DNA from: the human T2T-CHM13v2.0 reference genome, Homo sapiens
Strand: one strand, 5' to 3'
NCBI RefSeq assembly: GCF_009914755.1
Contig: NC_060947.1
DNA length: 64,000 nucleotides
Numbering within the stretch: the stretch's first letter is position 1; every line of letters starts with the position of its first letter. Positions 1-17,580 of the stretch are shown piece by piece. A program made the translations under genes and the position numbers. The notes under the pieces were generated by a model that ran no database searches, was not told where the DNA came from, and saw only the letters and a list, made by a program, of their open reading frames with translations.

Positions 1-600
1 ACTTATTCAGACTTATTCACTGAATGCCTGGTATTTTCCAAAGCTGACCAGGGCATGAGGATACAATATGTGCTGTCAGGACATTTCCAAATAGACAAGG
101 AGAGAAATCTTTAAACAAATACACTCAATAGGAGCTGTAATGGTTGTGTGTATGTGGACACTATGAAACCACAGCTAGGGCCATGTCAACACTTTTCTGA
201 GATACTCAGCAGCATCTTTTTTGGTAGAATTATATTTGACTTGATTTTTGAAATGTGAAGGAGTTCACAGGAAAGAAAGGGATAAAAGGAATTCCAGTTC
301 GAGAATAAAGCATATGCAACTACAAATGCAGGAAGTTTGCCAGGCACTTGACTCTGAGTTAAAGGTGAGGGATTGCAGGTGATGTGGCCAAAGGGCAGCC
401 AGAGCCTAAAAATTCAGGCTAAAGAGTCTGAACTTCATCTGTTTGGGAAATTGTGGCTGGTTAAAGGATGCCAGTTCTTTCATTTTGAAAGATAAATCTG
501 ATGTCATTAGAAAGCTGGAGTGGGGGCAGGGGTGGGGATAGACAGTATAGGAGGCCAAGGTAACAGTCCAAGTGAGGATGTGAACAAAGCAGTGGCTATT
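1..600 (-). mobile_element. Degraded LINE-2 (L2) 3' region
   Basis: Starts with an antisense L2-tail-like sequence (ttattcactgaatgcctgg...gggcatgaggataca), followed by purine-rich L2-like motifs (ttttgaaagataaatctg, aacagtccaagtgagg). Highly diverged, boundaries approximate. Confidence 0.5.
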
Positions 601-639
601 TACTTAGTAAGGTCATGACCAACCTAACAAATTTAGTGG

Positions 640-822
640 ACTGAGCACCAGCCTTGGAGCTAGGTTTCTAGACCCTGATTCTGACTCTGCTACTGACCGA
701 TCGGTCTTGTGTAAGCAACTCTCCCTTCTCTAAGCCTCAGATCTGTCCTTTGTAGAACAAGGAGCATCTTTCAGACCAGGTGATTTCCATGGTCCCCTCT
801 GTTTCTCAAACACCATGGATTT
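640..822 (+). mobile_element. MIR/MIR3 SINE remnant
   Basis: MIR core motifs: ctgactctgctactgac...cttctctaagcctcag...tgtagaacaagg, plus a MIR3-like tail (gatttccatggtcccctctgtttct). Confidence 0.55.
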
Positions 823-3041
823 TATGATCAGACTGCAGAGGAACAACCCTTCAAGATTTTAGGGCATACATCTACTCAGAGTGGTAAAAGTAGAAGGATT
901 AAAGAAGCTCAGAGAGTTGTAGAAGCTCGTTTGTCCTTAAAATGCAGGAATCATGGCTTCTGATACATATAGGACGGTCAAGGTTTATTTCTCCCCTGCC
1001 TTGCCTTATTTCATTGACCCCAGTGTCTATCTAGCACTGGGTCAATGCAACTGATTTCATTCCTTCTCTAGTAAGTCCTTTCCTGACTACTCCATGCTCA
1101 TTAATCTTTGTCCACTGGACTCCAGCAAACTCCAAAACACTCAGATTGTAATGAACATTTGTCACATTTGACTTTCCAGCACCCAATTCCCCTCTTTAGT
1201 TTGAAGTAATTGTCCCGAACAGGAATCTTTGTGAAAGACAGGGCCCAATCTTCCACTAAAAAGATGATAGAAGGAGAATCTCCCTCTCCTTGTCCCTGGC
1301 AACCAATTCACAACAGTCTAACGCTTCACTTGAGGAATCTGAATTTGAGAGAGTGTGACAAAGGTGAAGGAAAGGAAGTTACACGTGCAACTATGTAAGC
1401 ATCTGGCACAAGGGGCTGGGTTTAGCAGAAGTGAAGAAAGCTTGTATCATTTTGTTTTTATACAAGCATCCTTGTATTTTCATTTTCTTAGAGTGGTTCT
1501 CTAGGCATCCTTTCACTTCTGCGAGCTATATTTTCCCTCCTGCTTAAGTAAGCCACAGTTAGTTTTAGTTTGGAGCAAAAAGCCTTAACTGACATACATT
1601 ATATACTGTTTTAGGACTTCATGCTTTATCAGAATCTTTGGGTCTTGAATAATTAAGCAATATAAGGACAGAGGCCATATCTTATATTTAACGTGGATCT
1701 TATTATAATGCTCAGAAGTAGAATATATGGAAGTTGAGCAGTTAATATTTGTCAGTATATGGATTAACTTATGTCAATTCATATGCATGAAGTGTGAAAT
1801 TTCTGTATATCTGCAAGAACAGTAATTGCAGGTTAGATATGTTTTCTTTCAAATATTGGTCTTATTTGATTTCAAGAATCATGGAAGAAAAATAAAAAAA
1901 CATTATTTGGTTTAAAAAATTTGATGTATTGAATGATTAACAGTAGTTACAACATGTCTTCCATTTAAAAAAAAAACCCAGATTTTTAAACTGAATGTTG
2001 ATTGCAAAGCCTTGTTTGGAAATAGGTATCTTACAAGCTGTCGTTAAGAATTCAACTGTTGTACAGGATGGTTTTCAATATTCTGATGACCTCAAAATAG
2101 AAAACCATTGTCAGGGAGACAATGAAGTCTAAAAATAGTTTAAAATATCTAAATGCACTTAGGGAAGCCTTTAAATGCTAGCCATGGTGACGTATTTCAT
2201 CCTGCCATAAAACTCCCAGTTGAGAAATCTCTTCTGTAAAAGGTTATTTCCTTATTTTTGCTATGTTTGGGTTCTTCCGAATGCATCACAATAATTCTAT
2301 CCATGCCAATAAGTTGTACATCTATGTCATCAAAATTGGATTTTTCTGTGCTGGATAAATATCCATTGAAATACATGAAAGAAATAGAACAAAAATATGT
2401 CTGTCTTGGCCCAAGTAGGACAATTGTGAAGGGTAGTGCCTGCTTCTGAACTCCCTGTGGGAATGGTTGGGATTTCCTCTGAGGCTGTACTGAAGCTTGA
2501 CTTTTCCTTCTATCCAATCCTTCTTTCCTTTTCCTTCCCCTGGTGTTTATCCCCAGGGAACTCTTCACTAAATATCCAGCCTGCTAAACCCCATGTCAGA
2601 TTTTGCAACCTGGGGAACCAAGTCTAGTACACTTGCCTGAAATCATTGAGAATAAGCGACAGAGTTAGAATTTTAAATTCATAGCTGTGGACTACAATGT
2701 CCATTTGGAAAATCTCGATAGCAAACTATGATGTAATTCAAAATAATGCATCAACCAAAATTATTCAAGCTAATTCCATGGTTTGAGAACTGCCCAAAAG
2801 ACTTGTTCCTAAGAAACAATCAAATAAATGTCTGCAGTTGATGTTTACCAATCAGCTACGGGATGAAAAGACCACCACACAATCACACAATCAGACTTTC
2901 TCAGAACAGGTGGTTTGAGTCATCCATGGGACAACATAACTGATATTTTTGCAATGGGCCAGCTCTTCATCTGAAACAATGAGTCCCCTTCTCAGCCTTA
3001 CAGGACCCCTTATCCATTGATGGCAGTCCTATTAAGACTCA

Positions 3042-3351
<310 letters not shown>

Positions 3352-3399
3352 GCTCACCCTTTTTTCCTCTACTCCACCCTTTTGGCACTCCCTAACCCT

Positions 3400-3612
3400 A
3401 AAGGATGTTTTATTTTCCTTATCATTTACCACCATCTATTGTGACTTTGTCGATTCATTTTGTTAATTTTCTCTCTTCTTCCTCACTAGACTGACAGCTC
3501 TATAAGGACATGGATTTTTGTCTGTTTTATTCCTTGCTGTGTCCCTAGCACCTAAATCAATGCCTGATACATAGTAGGCTCTAACTAGCATTTGTTGAAT
3601 AAGTGAATTAAT
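3400..3612 (+). mobile_element. L2 3' end
   Basis: Typical L2 terminus: ctagactgacagctc...gtgtccctagcacct...tgcctgatacatagtaggctc...atttgttgaataagtgaat. Confidence 0.75.
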
Positions 3613-4123
3613 TAATGGCTATTTCTTCTTTGCAAAGGGTTACCTGGGAAGAGTTGTTTTCCCCTATAAATCCCAAAGCACTTAGTGTAGAACTTGATTA
3701 TAAGATCCACTTCATTAAAACAGAGCAGCAAGTTTACTTAAATGTTTCTCCACTAACTCATTTCCAGTCTTTTCAATAGAACTCAAGACCACTGATAAAA
3801 CGCATCAGGTATCCTATCAGTTCCATCTTTTTCCTTTTTTTAAAGGAAGACAAAATTTATTAAATAATAAAAAAGATTACATAATTGTTTTGAAATAGTT
3901 ATCTTTGGCTACAAAGATCAATAACAAGAATAATGTGAGTCTGAGGTTGGACAGCCAATTGCTTGGCAGACATCCTGCAGAAATTTTTTTATGTCTAAGA
4001 TTGCAATGGTCTTTGTGAAAGGTTGTGTTTTTTTGCGGTCTTTTGTGATAGTTTTTGTTATCAGACATACAAGCATGAAAACTCTATCCTTATGGTATTC
4101 CCTGACTACTTGTCAGAGTTTTC

Positions 4124-4501
4124 TTTTTTTTTTTCCTTTCAACTTTTATTTTAGGTTCAAGGGGTACATGTGCAGATTTGTTAAATCGGTAAATTGGATG
4201 TTGAAGCGGTTTGCTGTACAGATTGTTTCATCACCCAGGTAATTAGTATAGTGCCTGAGAGGTAGTTTTTCAAATTTAACCCACCTCCCACCCTCCATCC
4301 TCTAGTAGGCCTTGGTGTCTCTTGTTCCCTTCTTTGTATCCATGTGGACTCAATGTTTAGCTCCCACTTATAAGTGAGAACATGCAGTATTTGGTTTTCT
4401 GTTTCTGTGCTAATTCGCTCAGGATAATGGCCTCCAGCTGCATCCACGTTGCTGCAAAGGACATAATTTTGTTCTTTTTTAATGGCTGTGTAGCATTCCA
4501 T
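4124..4501 (-). mobile_element. 5'-truncated L1 3' end (L1PA15/16-like)
   Basis: Poly-T tail, then antisense L1 3' UTR (caacttttattttaggttcaaggggtacatgtgcag...ctcccacttataagtgagaacatgc). The ORF 4181-4501(-) starts MECYTAIKK, resembling the ORF2 C-terminus. Confidence 0.9.
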
Positions 4502-5929
4502 TCACCTTTTCCTTACATCTTTCTCTCCTTAAATATTCCATTAATCTTATCCAATCAGGACTAATTATTGTCTCTGATTACTCACAGCTGCCTTTTGGAA
4601 TTTCCCTTCAGCGTCAGCCTCAGAATTTCATTAACAACTCACCTGTGTTGTATTCTTATTTTTTACATTCATGTTTTCCTCTTTCATCGATTTACTTTCT
4701 ATCTTTGGTGGAACACTCTCTCCCAAAATTTCTTATCCATTAGAGAGTGACCATTAACATTCTAAAATGACTTTATTCTGTCTTTGTGTTTGCAAGTTCC
4801 TCTATTGCTATAGTCCCTCTGCAATAATCCTTCTGAATAAAATATTTTAATGAGTTTGAATTTGTTTTTTATTTTAAATATTTAAGGTGAAATTGCTCCT
4901 TTTAAAAACATAGAACCAATTATCTTATTTTAAATTCACCTGGTGAGAACAGATTTCAAATTTTGTCTCCTACTACTGAGGCTTTCCAGAGTTTTGTTGG
5001 TTGAATCATTTTGTTTCATGGTAGCTTCCCTCTTGCAGGTTTAGCTTTCAGTTTTCTTTTGTACATTTAGTCAGTTACTTCCATGGATAGAAGCACTACG
5101 TGGATGAATTTGATTCAAAACTGAGCAGGGTGAGGAAATAGGACCAGTATGGAGCTTCCATTCTATCTCACTTTGTTTGCAGAAGAGCTTTCAGTGAAAG
5201 CAGAGATGACTTCTGTCACAGAAATAACATTGGCGCTGTAAAATGTAGTAGTAGCCATAAAATTAAGTTCATAGTCTTTATTGCCGGTGGCAGGTGCTCT
5301 TGTAGCTGCATTGGAACTTTCTCAGTTAAGATCATTGTCTTTCCCAGTTTAATGTTCTAGCCTCTACACACATTCTCTAGGCTTCACAAGGCTCTCTAAG
5401 CTATGCAATATCCTTTAATGAGCCATTTTCACTTAAGTTGGCAAGAGCTAATTCATTTTGTAGAGGGTAGTTATTTCTGTCACATCTTGATTATCATGAC
5501 CTGTTTTGACTAAACATAAGATAAACACTTTTATAAAGAATAATGATAAATTATGGCAAAACAAATTACTGTTGGAAATAGGCTTTCTTTGCTTGAGCAA
5601 GTCAACACAGGCTGAGTGTACAGCATTAATATAGAAAAATCTTGTTTTCTCTTTGTCAAAAGGAAGAGCACAGAAGAATGGCATGGTTTTGCTTGGTATG
5701 AGCAGCAGTACCACATCAACTCACTTCAAGTTTATGTTAACTCTCTTATTCTCTAAGCTAATCAACAGCAACTTTAATTTTCTCAAAAAATTTATAGAAT
5801 GTTACATTAACTCACTATATTAATAATACATGCTGATGAGTTCTGATGAGAAGAATACAGTAGGTACTATAGATGCTTTGAAAAGTCATGTAACTTTGGT
5901 TCAGCTGGCGATCCAAAGGGAAGGTGAGG

Positions 5930-7150
<1,221 letters not shown>

Positions 7151-7527
7151 ATAAACAATTATCTCCATTTCCAGGAACACTGGGGGAAAATGACAAGCAG
7201 AAAGACCCTGAAACCTACAGGAAAGAGATAGTTCAAGAAAAAGGTAAGATTGCTCTAAGTGCTCTTAAGAGGATATTGGATTCCAAGTACATCTATCTAG
7301 GGATTTCCAATAGTAAAAGCTTAAGAGAAAAGAAAATGAAAGTCTTGGAGAGAGAATGAGAATGGTGGAAAGGCTATTTCACTCTTTAAGAATGGTAAGG
7401 AAAATAGTTTCTTCTGACAGGATAAAGTCCAGCTATAGATAATTATATTTATTTCTGAGGTCAGTCTTTTTGACACATTATTTTTCTTCATTCTCATTCC
7501 ATGTGAGAGAGAGAAAACTAGAATTCT

Positions 7528-10500
7528 CTTTTTTCCAACTTTTAAGTTCAAGGATACATGTATAGGATGCGCAGGTTTGTTATATAGGTAAACGTGTGCC
7601 ATGGTGCTTTGCTGCATAGATCGTCTCATCACCTAGGTATTAAGCCCAGCATCCATTAGGTATTATTCCTGATGATCTCCCTCCTCCCATCCCCTACCCT
7701 ACAACAGGCCCCAGTGTGTGTGTCTGTGTGTTCTCATCATTCAGCTCCCGCTAATAGGTGAGAACATGTGGTATATGGTTTTCTGTTTCAGCGTTAGTTT
7801 GCTGAGGCTACTGACTTCCAGCTCCATCCATATCCCTGAAAAAACAAGATCTCATTTCTTTTTATGGTTGCATAGTATTACATGGAGCATACATACTACA
7901 TTTTCTTTATCTGGTCTACCATTGGTGAGCATTTAGGTTGATTCCATGTCTTTGCTATTGTGAATAGTGCTGCAATGAACATACATGTGCATGTATCTTT
8001 ATTATACAATGATTTATATTCCTTTGGGTATATACCCAGTAATGGGATTGTTGGGACAAATGTTATTTCTTCTTCTAGGTCTTCGAGGAACTGCCACACT
8101 GTCTTCCACAATGGTTGAACTAATTTACACTACCACCAATGGTGTAAAAGCATTCATTTTTCTTCACAACCTCGCCAGTGTCTGTTGATTTTTGACTTTT
8201 CAATAATTGTTATTCTGACTGGTGTGAGATGGTATCTCATTGTGGTTTTGATTTGCATTTCTCTAATGGTCAGTGATGTTGAGCTTTTTTTCATATGTTT
8301 GTTGGCCAGATATAGGTCTTCTCTTGAGAAGTGTCTGTTCATGTCTTTTCCCCACTTTTTGATGGGGTTGTTTGTTGTTTTCTTGTAAATTTGTTTAAGT
8401 TCCTCGTAGACTCTGGATGTTAGACCTTTGTTAGATGGATAGATTGCAAAAATTTTCTCTCGTTCTGTAGGTTGTCTGTTTACTGATGATAGTTTCTTTT
8501 GCTGTGCAGAGGCTCTTTAGTTTAAGTAGATTTCATTTGTCAGCTTTTGCTTTTGTTGCAATTGCTATTGCTTTTGGTGACTTTGTCATGAAATCTTTGC
8601 CTGTGCCTATGTACTAAATGGTATTGCCTAGATTTCCTTCTAGGGTTTTTATAGTTTTGGGTTTTACATTTAAGTTTTCAATCTATCTTGAGTTGACCTT
8701 TATATAGGTGTAGGGAAGGGGTCCAGTTTCAATTTTCTGCATATGGCTAGCCAGTTCTCCCAGCAACATTTATTAAACAAGGAATCCTTTCTCCATTGCG
8801 TGCTTTTGTCAGGTTTGTCAAAGATCAGATAGTTGTGGATGTGCAGCCTCATTTCTGAGTTCTCTATTCTGTTCTAATGGTCTATGTGTCTGATTTTGTG
8901 CCAGTACTGTGCTGTTTTGACTCAAATAGCCTTGTAGTATAGTTTGCAGTTAGGTAGTGTGATGTCTCCAGCTTTTTTCTTTTTGCTTAGGATTGTCTTG
9001 ACTATTTGGGTACATTTTTGGTTCCATATGAATTTTAACATAGTTTTTCCTAATTCAGTAAAGAATGTCAATGGTAATTTAATGGGAATAGCATTGAATC
9101 TATAAATTGCTTTTGGTAGTATAGTCATTTTGACGATATTGATTCTTCCTATACATGTGCATGGAATGTTTCTCCATTTGTTTGTGTCATCTCTGATTTC
9201 TTTGAGCACAGTGGTTTGTAGTTCTTCCCTTGTTAGCTGTGTTGCTAGGTATTCTATTCTTTTTGCAGCAATTGTGAATGGGAGCTCATTCATGATTGGT
9301 TCTCTACTTGCCTTTTGTTGGTGTATAGGAAAACTAGTGATTTTCACACATCAAATTTGTATCCCGAGATGTTGCTGAAGTTGCTTATTAGCTTAAGAAG
9401 CTTTTGGGCTGAGTCAATGGGGTTTTCTAGCTATAGCCTCATGTTATCTGCCAACAAAGATAGTTTGACTTCCTCTTTTCCTATTGAATACCCTATATTT
9501 CTTTCTCTTGCCTTATTGCCCTGGACAGAACCTCCAATACTATGTTGAATAGAAGTGGTGAGAGAGGGCATCCTTGTTTTGAGCCGATTTTCAAGGGGAA
9601 TGCTTCCAGCTTTTGCCCATTCAGTATAATATTGGCTCTGGGTTTTTCATATATGGTTCTTATTATTTTGAGGTATGTTCCTTCAATACCTAGATTATTG
9701 ATAGTTTTAAACATGAAGGGATGTTGAATTTTATTGATGGCCTTTTCTGCATCTATTGAGAAAATCATATGGGTTTTGTCTTTAGCACTGTTTATGTGAT
9801 AAATCACATTTATTGATTTGCATATGTTGAACCAACTTTGCATTCTGGGGATGAAGTGTGCTTGATCATTGTAGATAAGCTTTTAGAGTCCTGCTGGATT
9901 CAGTTTGCCAGTATTTTGTTCGGAATTTTTGCCCTGATGCTCATCATGGATATTGGCCTGAAGTGTTTTGTTTTGTTTTTTTGTTTGTTTGTTTTTTGCT
10001 GTATCTCTGCCAGGTTTTGGTATCAGGATGATGCTAGCCTTACAGAATGAGTTAGGGAAGAGGCTCTCCATTTCATTTGTTTTGAATAGTGTCAGTAGAA
10101 ATGGTACCAGTTCTTCTTTGTACCCCTGGTAGAATTCAGGTGTGAATCTGTCTGGTTCTGGGCTTTTTTTTTTTTTTGGTTGGTAGGCTATTTATTACTG
10201 CCTCAATTTTAGAACTCATTATTGGTCTATTCGGGGATTCAATTTTTTCTTTGTTCAGTCTTGGGAAGGTGTATGTGTCCAGGAATTTATCCATTTCTTC
10301 TAGATTTTCTAGTTTATGTGCATAGAGATGTTTATAGTATTCTCTGATAGTTATTTCTATTTCTGTGGGGTCATTGGTGATATCCCCCTCATCATTTCTG
10401 ATTGTGTTTATTTGAATCTTCTCTCTTTTCTTTTTTATTAGTCTATCTAGCAGTCTATCTATTTTATTAATTTTTTCAAAACAATAGCTCCTGGATTTGT

Positions 10501-12567
10501 TGATTTTTTGAAGGGTTTTTAATGTCTCTATCTCCTTCAGATCAGTTTTGATCTTAGTTATTTCTCGTCCTCTGCTAGTTTTTGGGTTTGTTTGCACTTG
10601 GTTCTCTTGTTCTTTTAGTTGTCACGTTAGGTTGTTAACTTGAGATTTTTCTAACTTTTTGATGTGGGCATTTAGTGCTATAAATTCCCTTTTTAAGACT
10701 GCTTTAGCTGCATCCCAAAGATTCTCATATGTTATATTTTTGTTCTCATTAGTTTCAAAGAACTTCTTGATTTCTGCCTTAATCTCATTATTTACCCAAG
10801 AGTCATTCAGGAGCATGTTGTTCAATTTCCATGTAGTTGTGTGGTTTTCAGTGAATTTCTTAATCTTGAGTTCTAATTTGATTGTGCTGTCATCTGAGAG
10901 ACTGTTATTATTTCAGTTCCTTTGCATTTGCTGAGGAGTGTTTTACTTCCGATTATGTAATTAATTTTAGAGTAAGTGCCATGTGGTAATGAGAAGATTG
11001 TATATTATGTTGTTTTTGGGTGGAGAGTTCTGTTGATATCTATCAGTTCCACCTGATCCAGAGTTGAGTTCAGGTCCTGATGTCTTTTTTAATATTCTAT
11101 CTTGATGACCTGTCCCATAGTGTCAGTAGATTGTTAAAATTTCCCACTATTGTTGTATGGGAGTATAAGTCCTTTTGAAGGTCTCTAAGAACTTGCTTTA
11201 TGAATCTGGGTGCTCCTGTATTGGGTGCATATGTATTTAGGATGATTAGCTCTTCTTGTTGAATAGAACCATTTACCATTATGTAATGCCCTTCATTGTC
11301 TTTTTTGATTTTTATTGGTTTAAACTCTATTTTATCAGAAACTAGGATTGTAACCCTACTTCTTTCTTTTTTCCATTTGCTTGGTAAATTTTCCTCCATC
11401 CCTTTATTTTGAGCCTGTGTATGCCTTTGCCTGTATGATGAGTCTCTTAATGACAGCATACCCATGGGTCTTGATTCTTAAACCAGCTTGCCATTCTGTG
11501 ACTTTTAATTGGGGCATTTGGCCCATTTACACTTAAAGTTAGTATGGTTATGTGTGAATTTGATTCTGTTATCATGTTGCTAGCTGGTTATTTTGCAGAG
11601 TTGTTTATGTGGTTGCTTCATAGTGTCACTGGTCTGTGTAATTCAGTGTGTATTTTTAGTGGCTGATAATGGTTATTCCTTTCCATAGTTAGTGCTTTCT
11701 TTGGGAGCCCTTGCAAGGCGAGACCAATGGTGACAAATTCCCTCAACATTTGCTTGTCTGAAAAGGATCTCGTTTCTCCTTCGCTTTTGAAGTTCAGTTT
11801 GACCAGATATAAAATTCTGGATTGGAAATACTTTTTTTTCTTTAAGAATGTTGAATATTGGCCCCCAATCTCTTCTGGCTTATAGGGTTTCTGCTGAGAA
11901 GTTCACTCTTAGTCTGATGGGCTTCCCTTTGTAGGTTACCTGGCCTTTCTCTTTGGCTGCCCTCAACATTTTTTCTTTCATTTTGACCTTGGAGAATCTG
12001 ATGATTATGTATCTTGGAGTTGTTCTTCTCATGGAGTATCTTACCAGGCTTCTCCGCATTTCCTGAATTTTACTTCATGGTTGGATTCTCAGGGAATCAT
12101 TTTATTACCATAATTTTAACATTACTGGGCTAAGAAAAGTTTCATGTTTGCCTTCTATACTATATACACTGGCCTGGTGATGTGAGACCTGATTAAAATC
12201 AGGTGATATGGCCTGTCTTGCTAGGTTGGGGAAGTTCTCCTAGATGATATCCTGAAGTATGTTTTCCAACTTGGTTCCATTCTCCCCATCTCTTTCAGGT
12301 ACCCCAATCACTCATAGGCTTGTTCTTTTTACATAATTCCATATTTTTTGGAGGTTTCATTCATTCTTTTTAATTTTTTCTCTATTCTTGTCTGCCTGTC
12401 TTATTTCATAAAGATAGTCTTCAAGCTCTGAGATTCTTTCCTCTGCTTGGTCTATTCTGCTATTAATACTTGTGATTGCATTGTGAAGCTCTTGTGTGTA
12501 TTTCAGCTCTAACAAGTTGGTTATGTTCTTCTCTAAACTGGTGATTTTGGCTGTCATCTCCTGTACT
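7528..12567 (-). mobile_element. ~5-kb 5'-truncated L1 (older L1PA, about PA10-13), decayed ORF1 end + ORF2 + 3' UTR
   Basis: Minus-strand ORF fragments match L1 ORF2 (endonuclease: YAPNTGAPRFIKQVL; RT region: [24 protein letters not shown]) and ORF1 (SRIDQAEERISELED). Perfect 16-bp TSD agaaaactagaattct at 7512-7527 and 12568-12583. Confidence 0.95.
12071..12208 (-). repeat. Non-L1 insertion inside the L1: inverted copy of local DNA (12938-12992 joined to 16550-16622)
   Basis: The reverse complement of 12072-12199 aligns without gaps to 12938-12992 + 16550-16622 (12 mismatches in 128 nt by manual count). L1 sequence resumes at 12209 (tggcctgtcttgctaggttgggg). Confidence 0.93.
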
Positions 12568-12943
12568 AGAAAACTAGAATTCTTAAGGCAGAGTGGACTT
12601 TAAGACCCACGTTTTGTATGAGGGAAGGTAGTGTGGAGAAATATTGCATAAGAACAGAACTTGAACCCAATTATATGGGGGAAAATAAAAATGAAAAGAA
12701 AATGTCTGTGATAACCCAGGGACTTAGACTGGTGACTGGATTGCATGGTCTTTCACCATAATGGAGTTTAGAGGAGAATGGACATGATCATGGGGAAAAA
12801 TGGCCTTTCATTTGAGACACTCAGGTTTTTAGATGCCTGACTTTAAAAGTGTAGAAATTTAGAGTCTGACACAAAGTGTTCTGCAATAACATAGTTCCTC
12901 ATCGAGTTTGTGACAGAACTTGGAAAACCAGCATAATATTTTA

Positions 12944-16012
<3,069 letters not shown>

Positions 16013-16537
16013 GAAGAATTAATTTGTTCTTTAGTTCAAAGACTTTCTTACAGACAAGAGCGCAGTCATACATTTGATATCAGTTCCTACTGTTTTCTGA
16101 AAATTATATAGCATATTATGATTTAAGATATAAAAGGGGAGACTGCTCCTTAGGACTTGCCTGGACATGAGATCTTTGGCATAGACTTGGTACCTAGGCT
16201 TATGGTGAACCTAGAAATGTGGAGGTGCCCCGAACAAAAGGTAGCATGGAATGAATAAGCAAAGTCTTTGGGAGGTGAGGATTTTTCTTGGCCCTCTAGT
16301 TGCCAGGTTCCCAGGTTTAACCCCCCGTGTTCTTAGTTTCAGAGCCTCAGTTGAATGGGGTAGAGATGCTTTCCCAGAGGCCCAGAATACCGACTGTCTT
16401 TGAGAGGAGAAGTTGTACTGTGTCAGTCCCTACGTCATTAGGATGTGTGTGTCATCTGGGTGGTGTTTTAATTTAACACTCCATTGTACACAATAGCAAT
16501 AAATAATAAATAAAATCTGTTCTGCTTAAGCAAAAAA
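16013..16537 (+). mobile_element. L1 3' transduction (~520 bp of non-L1 DNA)
   Basis: Lies between the L1 poly(A) and the 3' TSD. Ends with three AATAAA hexamers (16498, 16505, 16509) and an A-run at 16532-16538 abutting the TSD. Confidence 0.9.
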
Positions 16538-17094
16538 AGAAGGCAAACATGAAACTTTTCTTAATTTAGTAATGTTAGAACTATGGTAATAAAATGATTC
16601 TCTGAGAATCCAACCATGAAGTTAATGAACACAAATGAATTAAATTATAAAAAGTAAGAGAAATTTATTGTTGGAGAGAAAAATGTCTTCAATTTGGTCT
16701 TGGAGAGATGAACGTCTCCAGTTTGTTAAGACTTCACTCAACATGAGTGAAAAATGGAGTCAATTGCAAAGAGGTATACTTAGTGGAGAAAATATAGAAA
16801 TGGAAGATTGCACATGCAAAAATGCATTGGTGTCACCCACGCAAGCATTTTGCAGATGAAAAATGTTCCAGTTCCTGGATCCAATTCCAATCATATTCAT
16901 ATGGCAAGAAAGGAAATTTTAAGCAAAGAAGATATGTTCTCATAATTAAGGCCTCATAGCCCCCAAGTAAACTGATATAATGTTTTTCCTATGTACTGAG
17001 AGAGGGTGTCCTAGTCATTTCAATTTTAAATAGTCTAGCCTTTGGGAGAATTATTTTGGATTGTGAAATAAGAAGTTTGTATTCTGGTCTTTGT

Positions 17095-17580
17095 AGCAAT
17101 TTCTGCAGGCACGATGTGCTAAATATTCCCTAGTTTTTCAGAGAGACTGACTTTTATGGTCTGTGTTACCTGAATTCTTTGCCCTTTGGATTTTGGTTAA
17201 ATTTGGTCAATATGTGGTATCAGCAGGAGATCAGAGAGCAAGAAGAGAAAGTGGGTGCAAATTTACTTCTGCAGCACCTTTCTGCTAGGTTCCAGGTTGG
17301 CATGTGTTGCATTTTCTTTCTAAAGCCAAGGCTCGAAGTAGAAGAATCCTGTTCATCCACAGGTCTGTTGAGGTTCTGAAAACCACTCCACTTCCTTGTT
17401 CTTTAGGCTTAGATGCAGAAATGGTTTCTATTTGTAAATAGCCTGGAGGTACTCCACCACTCCTTGTTGGATTAACATAACCCTGCTCACAATTTTGGCA
17501 ACTGTTTCTTCAAAAAACTATTTTCAATTACTCCACTTGAGGGTGGTAACTTTTTCTTGTTGATCCTCAGATTGATAGCA
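17095..17580 (+). mobile_element. ERVL solo LTR (LTR33-like)
   Basis: Matches recalled LTR33 motifs: tgccctttggattttggttaaatttggtcaat...cagcaggagatcagagagcaagaagag and terminal ...attactccacttgagggtgg...gattgatagca. Confidence 0.65.

Noticed and set aside
2197-2568. 123-aa minus-strand ORF with a possible terminal exon (...ttatccag|cacagaaaaa...TEKSNFDDIDVQLIGMDRIIVMH...)
   Set aside because: No recognisable domain or gene, only a moderate acceptor, and no supporting upstream exon. It cannot be told from a chance ORF without a homology search.
5270-5714. Possible minus-strand terminal exon (VKTGHDNQDVTEITTLYKMN*) with AATAAA near 5277-5282
   Set aside because: Weak acceptor, AATAAA is common in AT-rich DNA, and the peptide is unrecognised.
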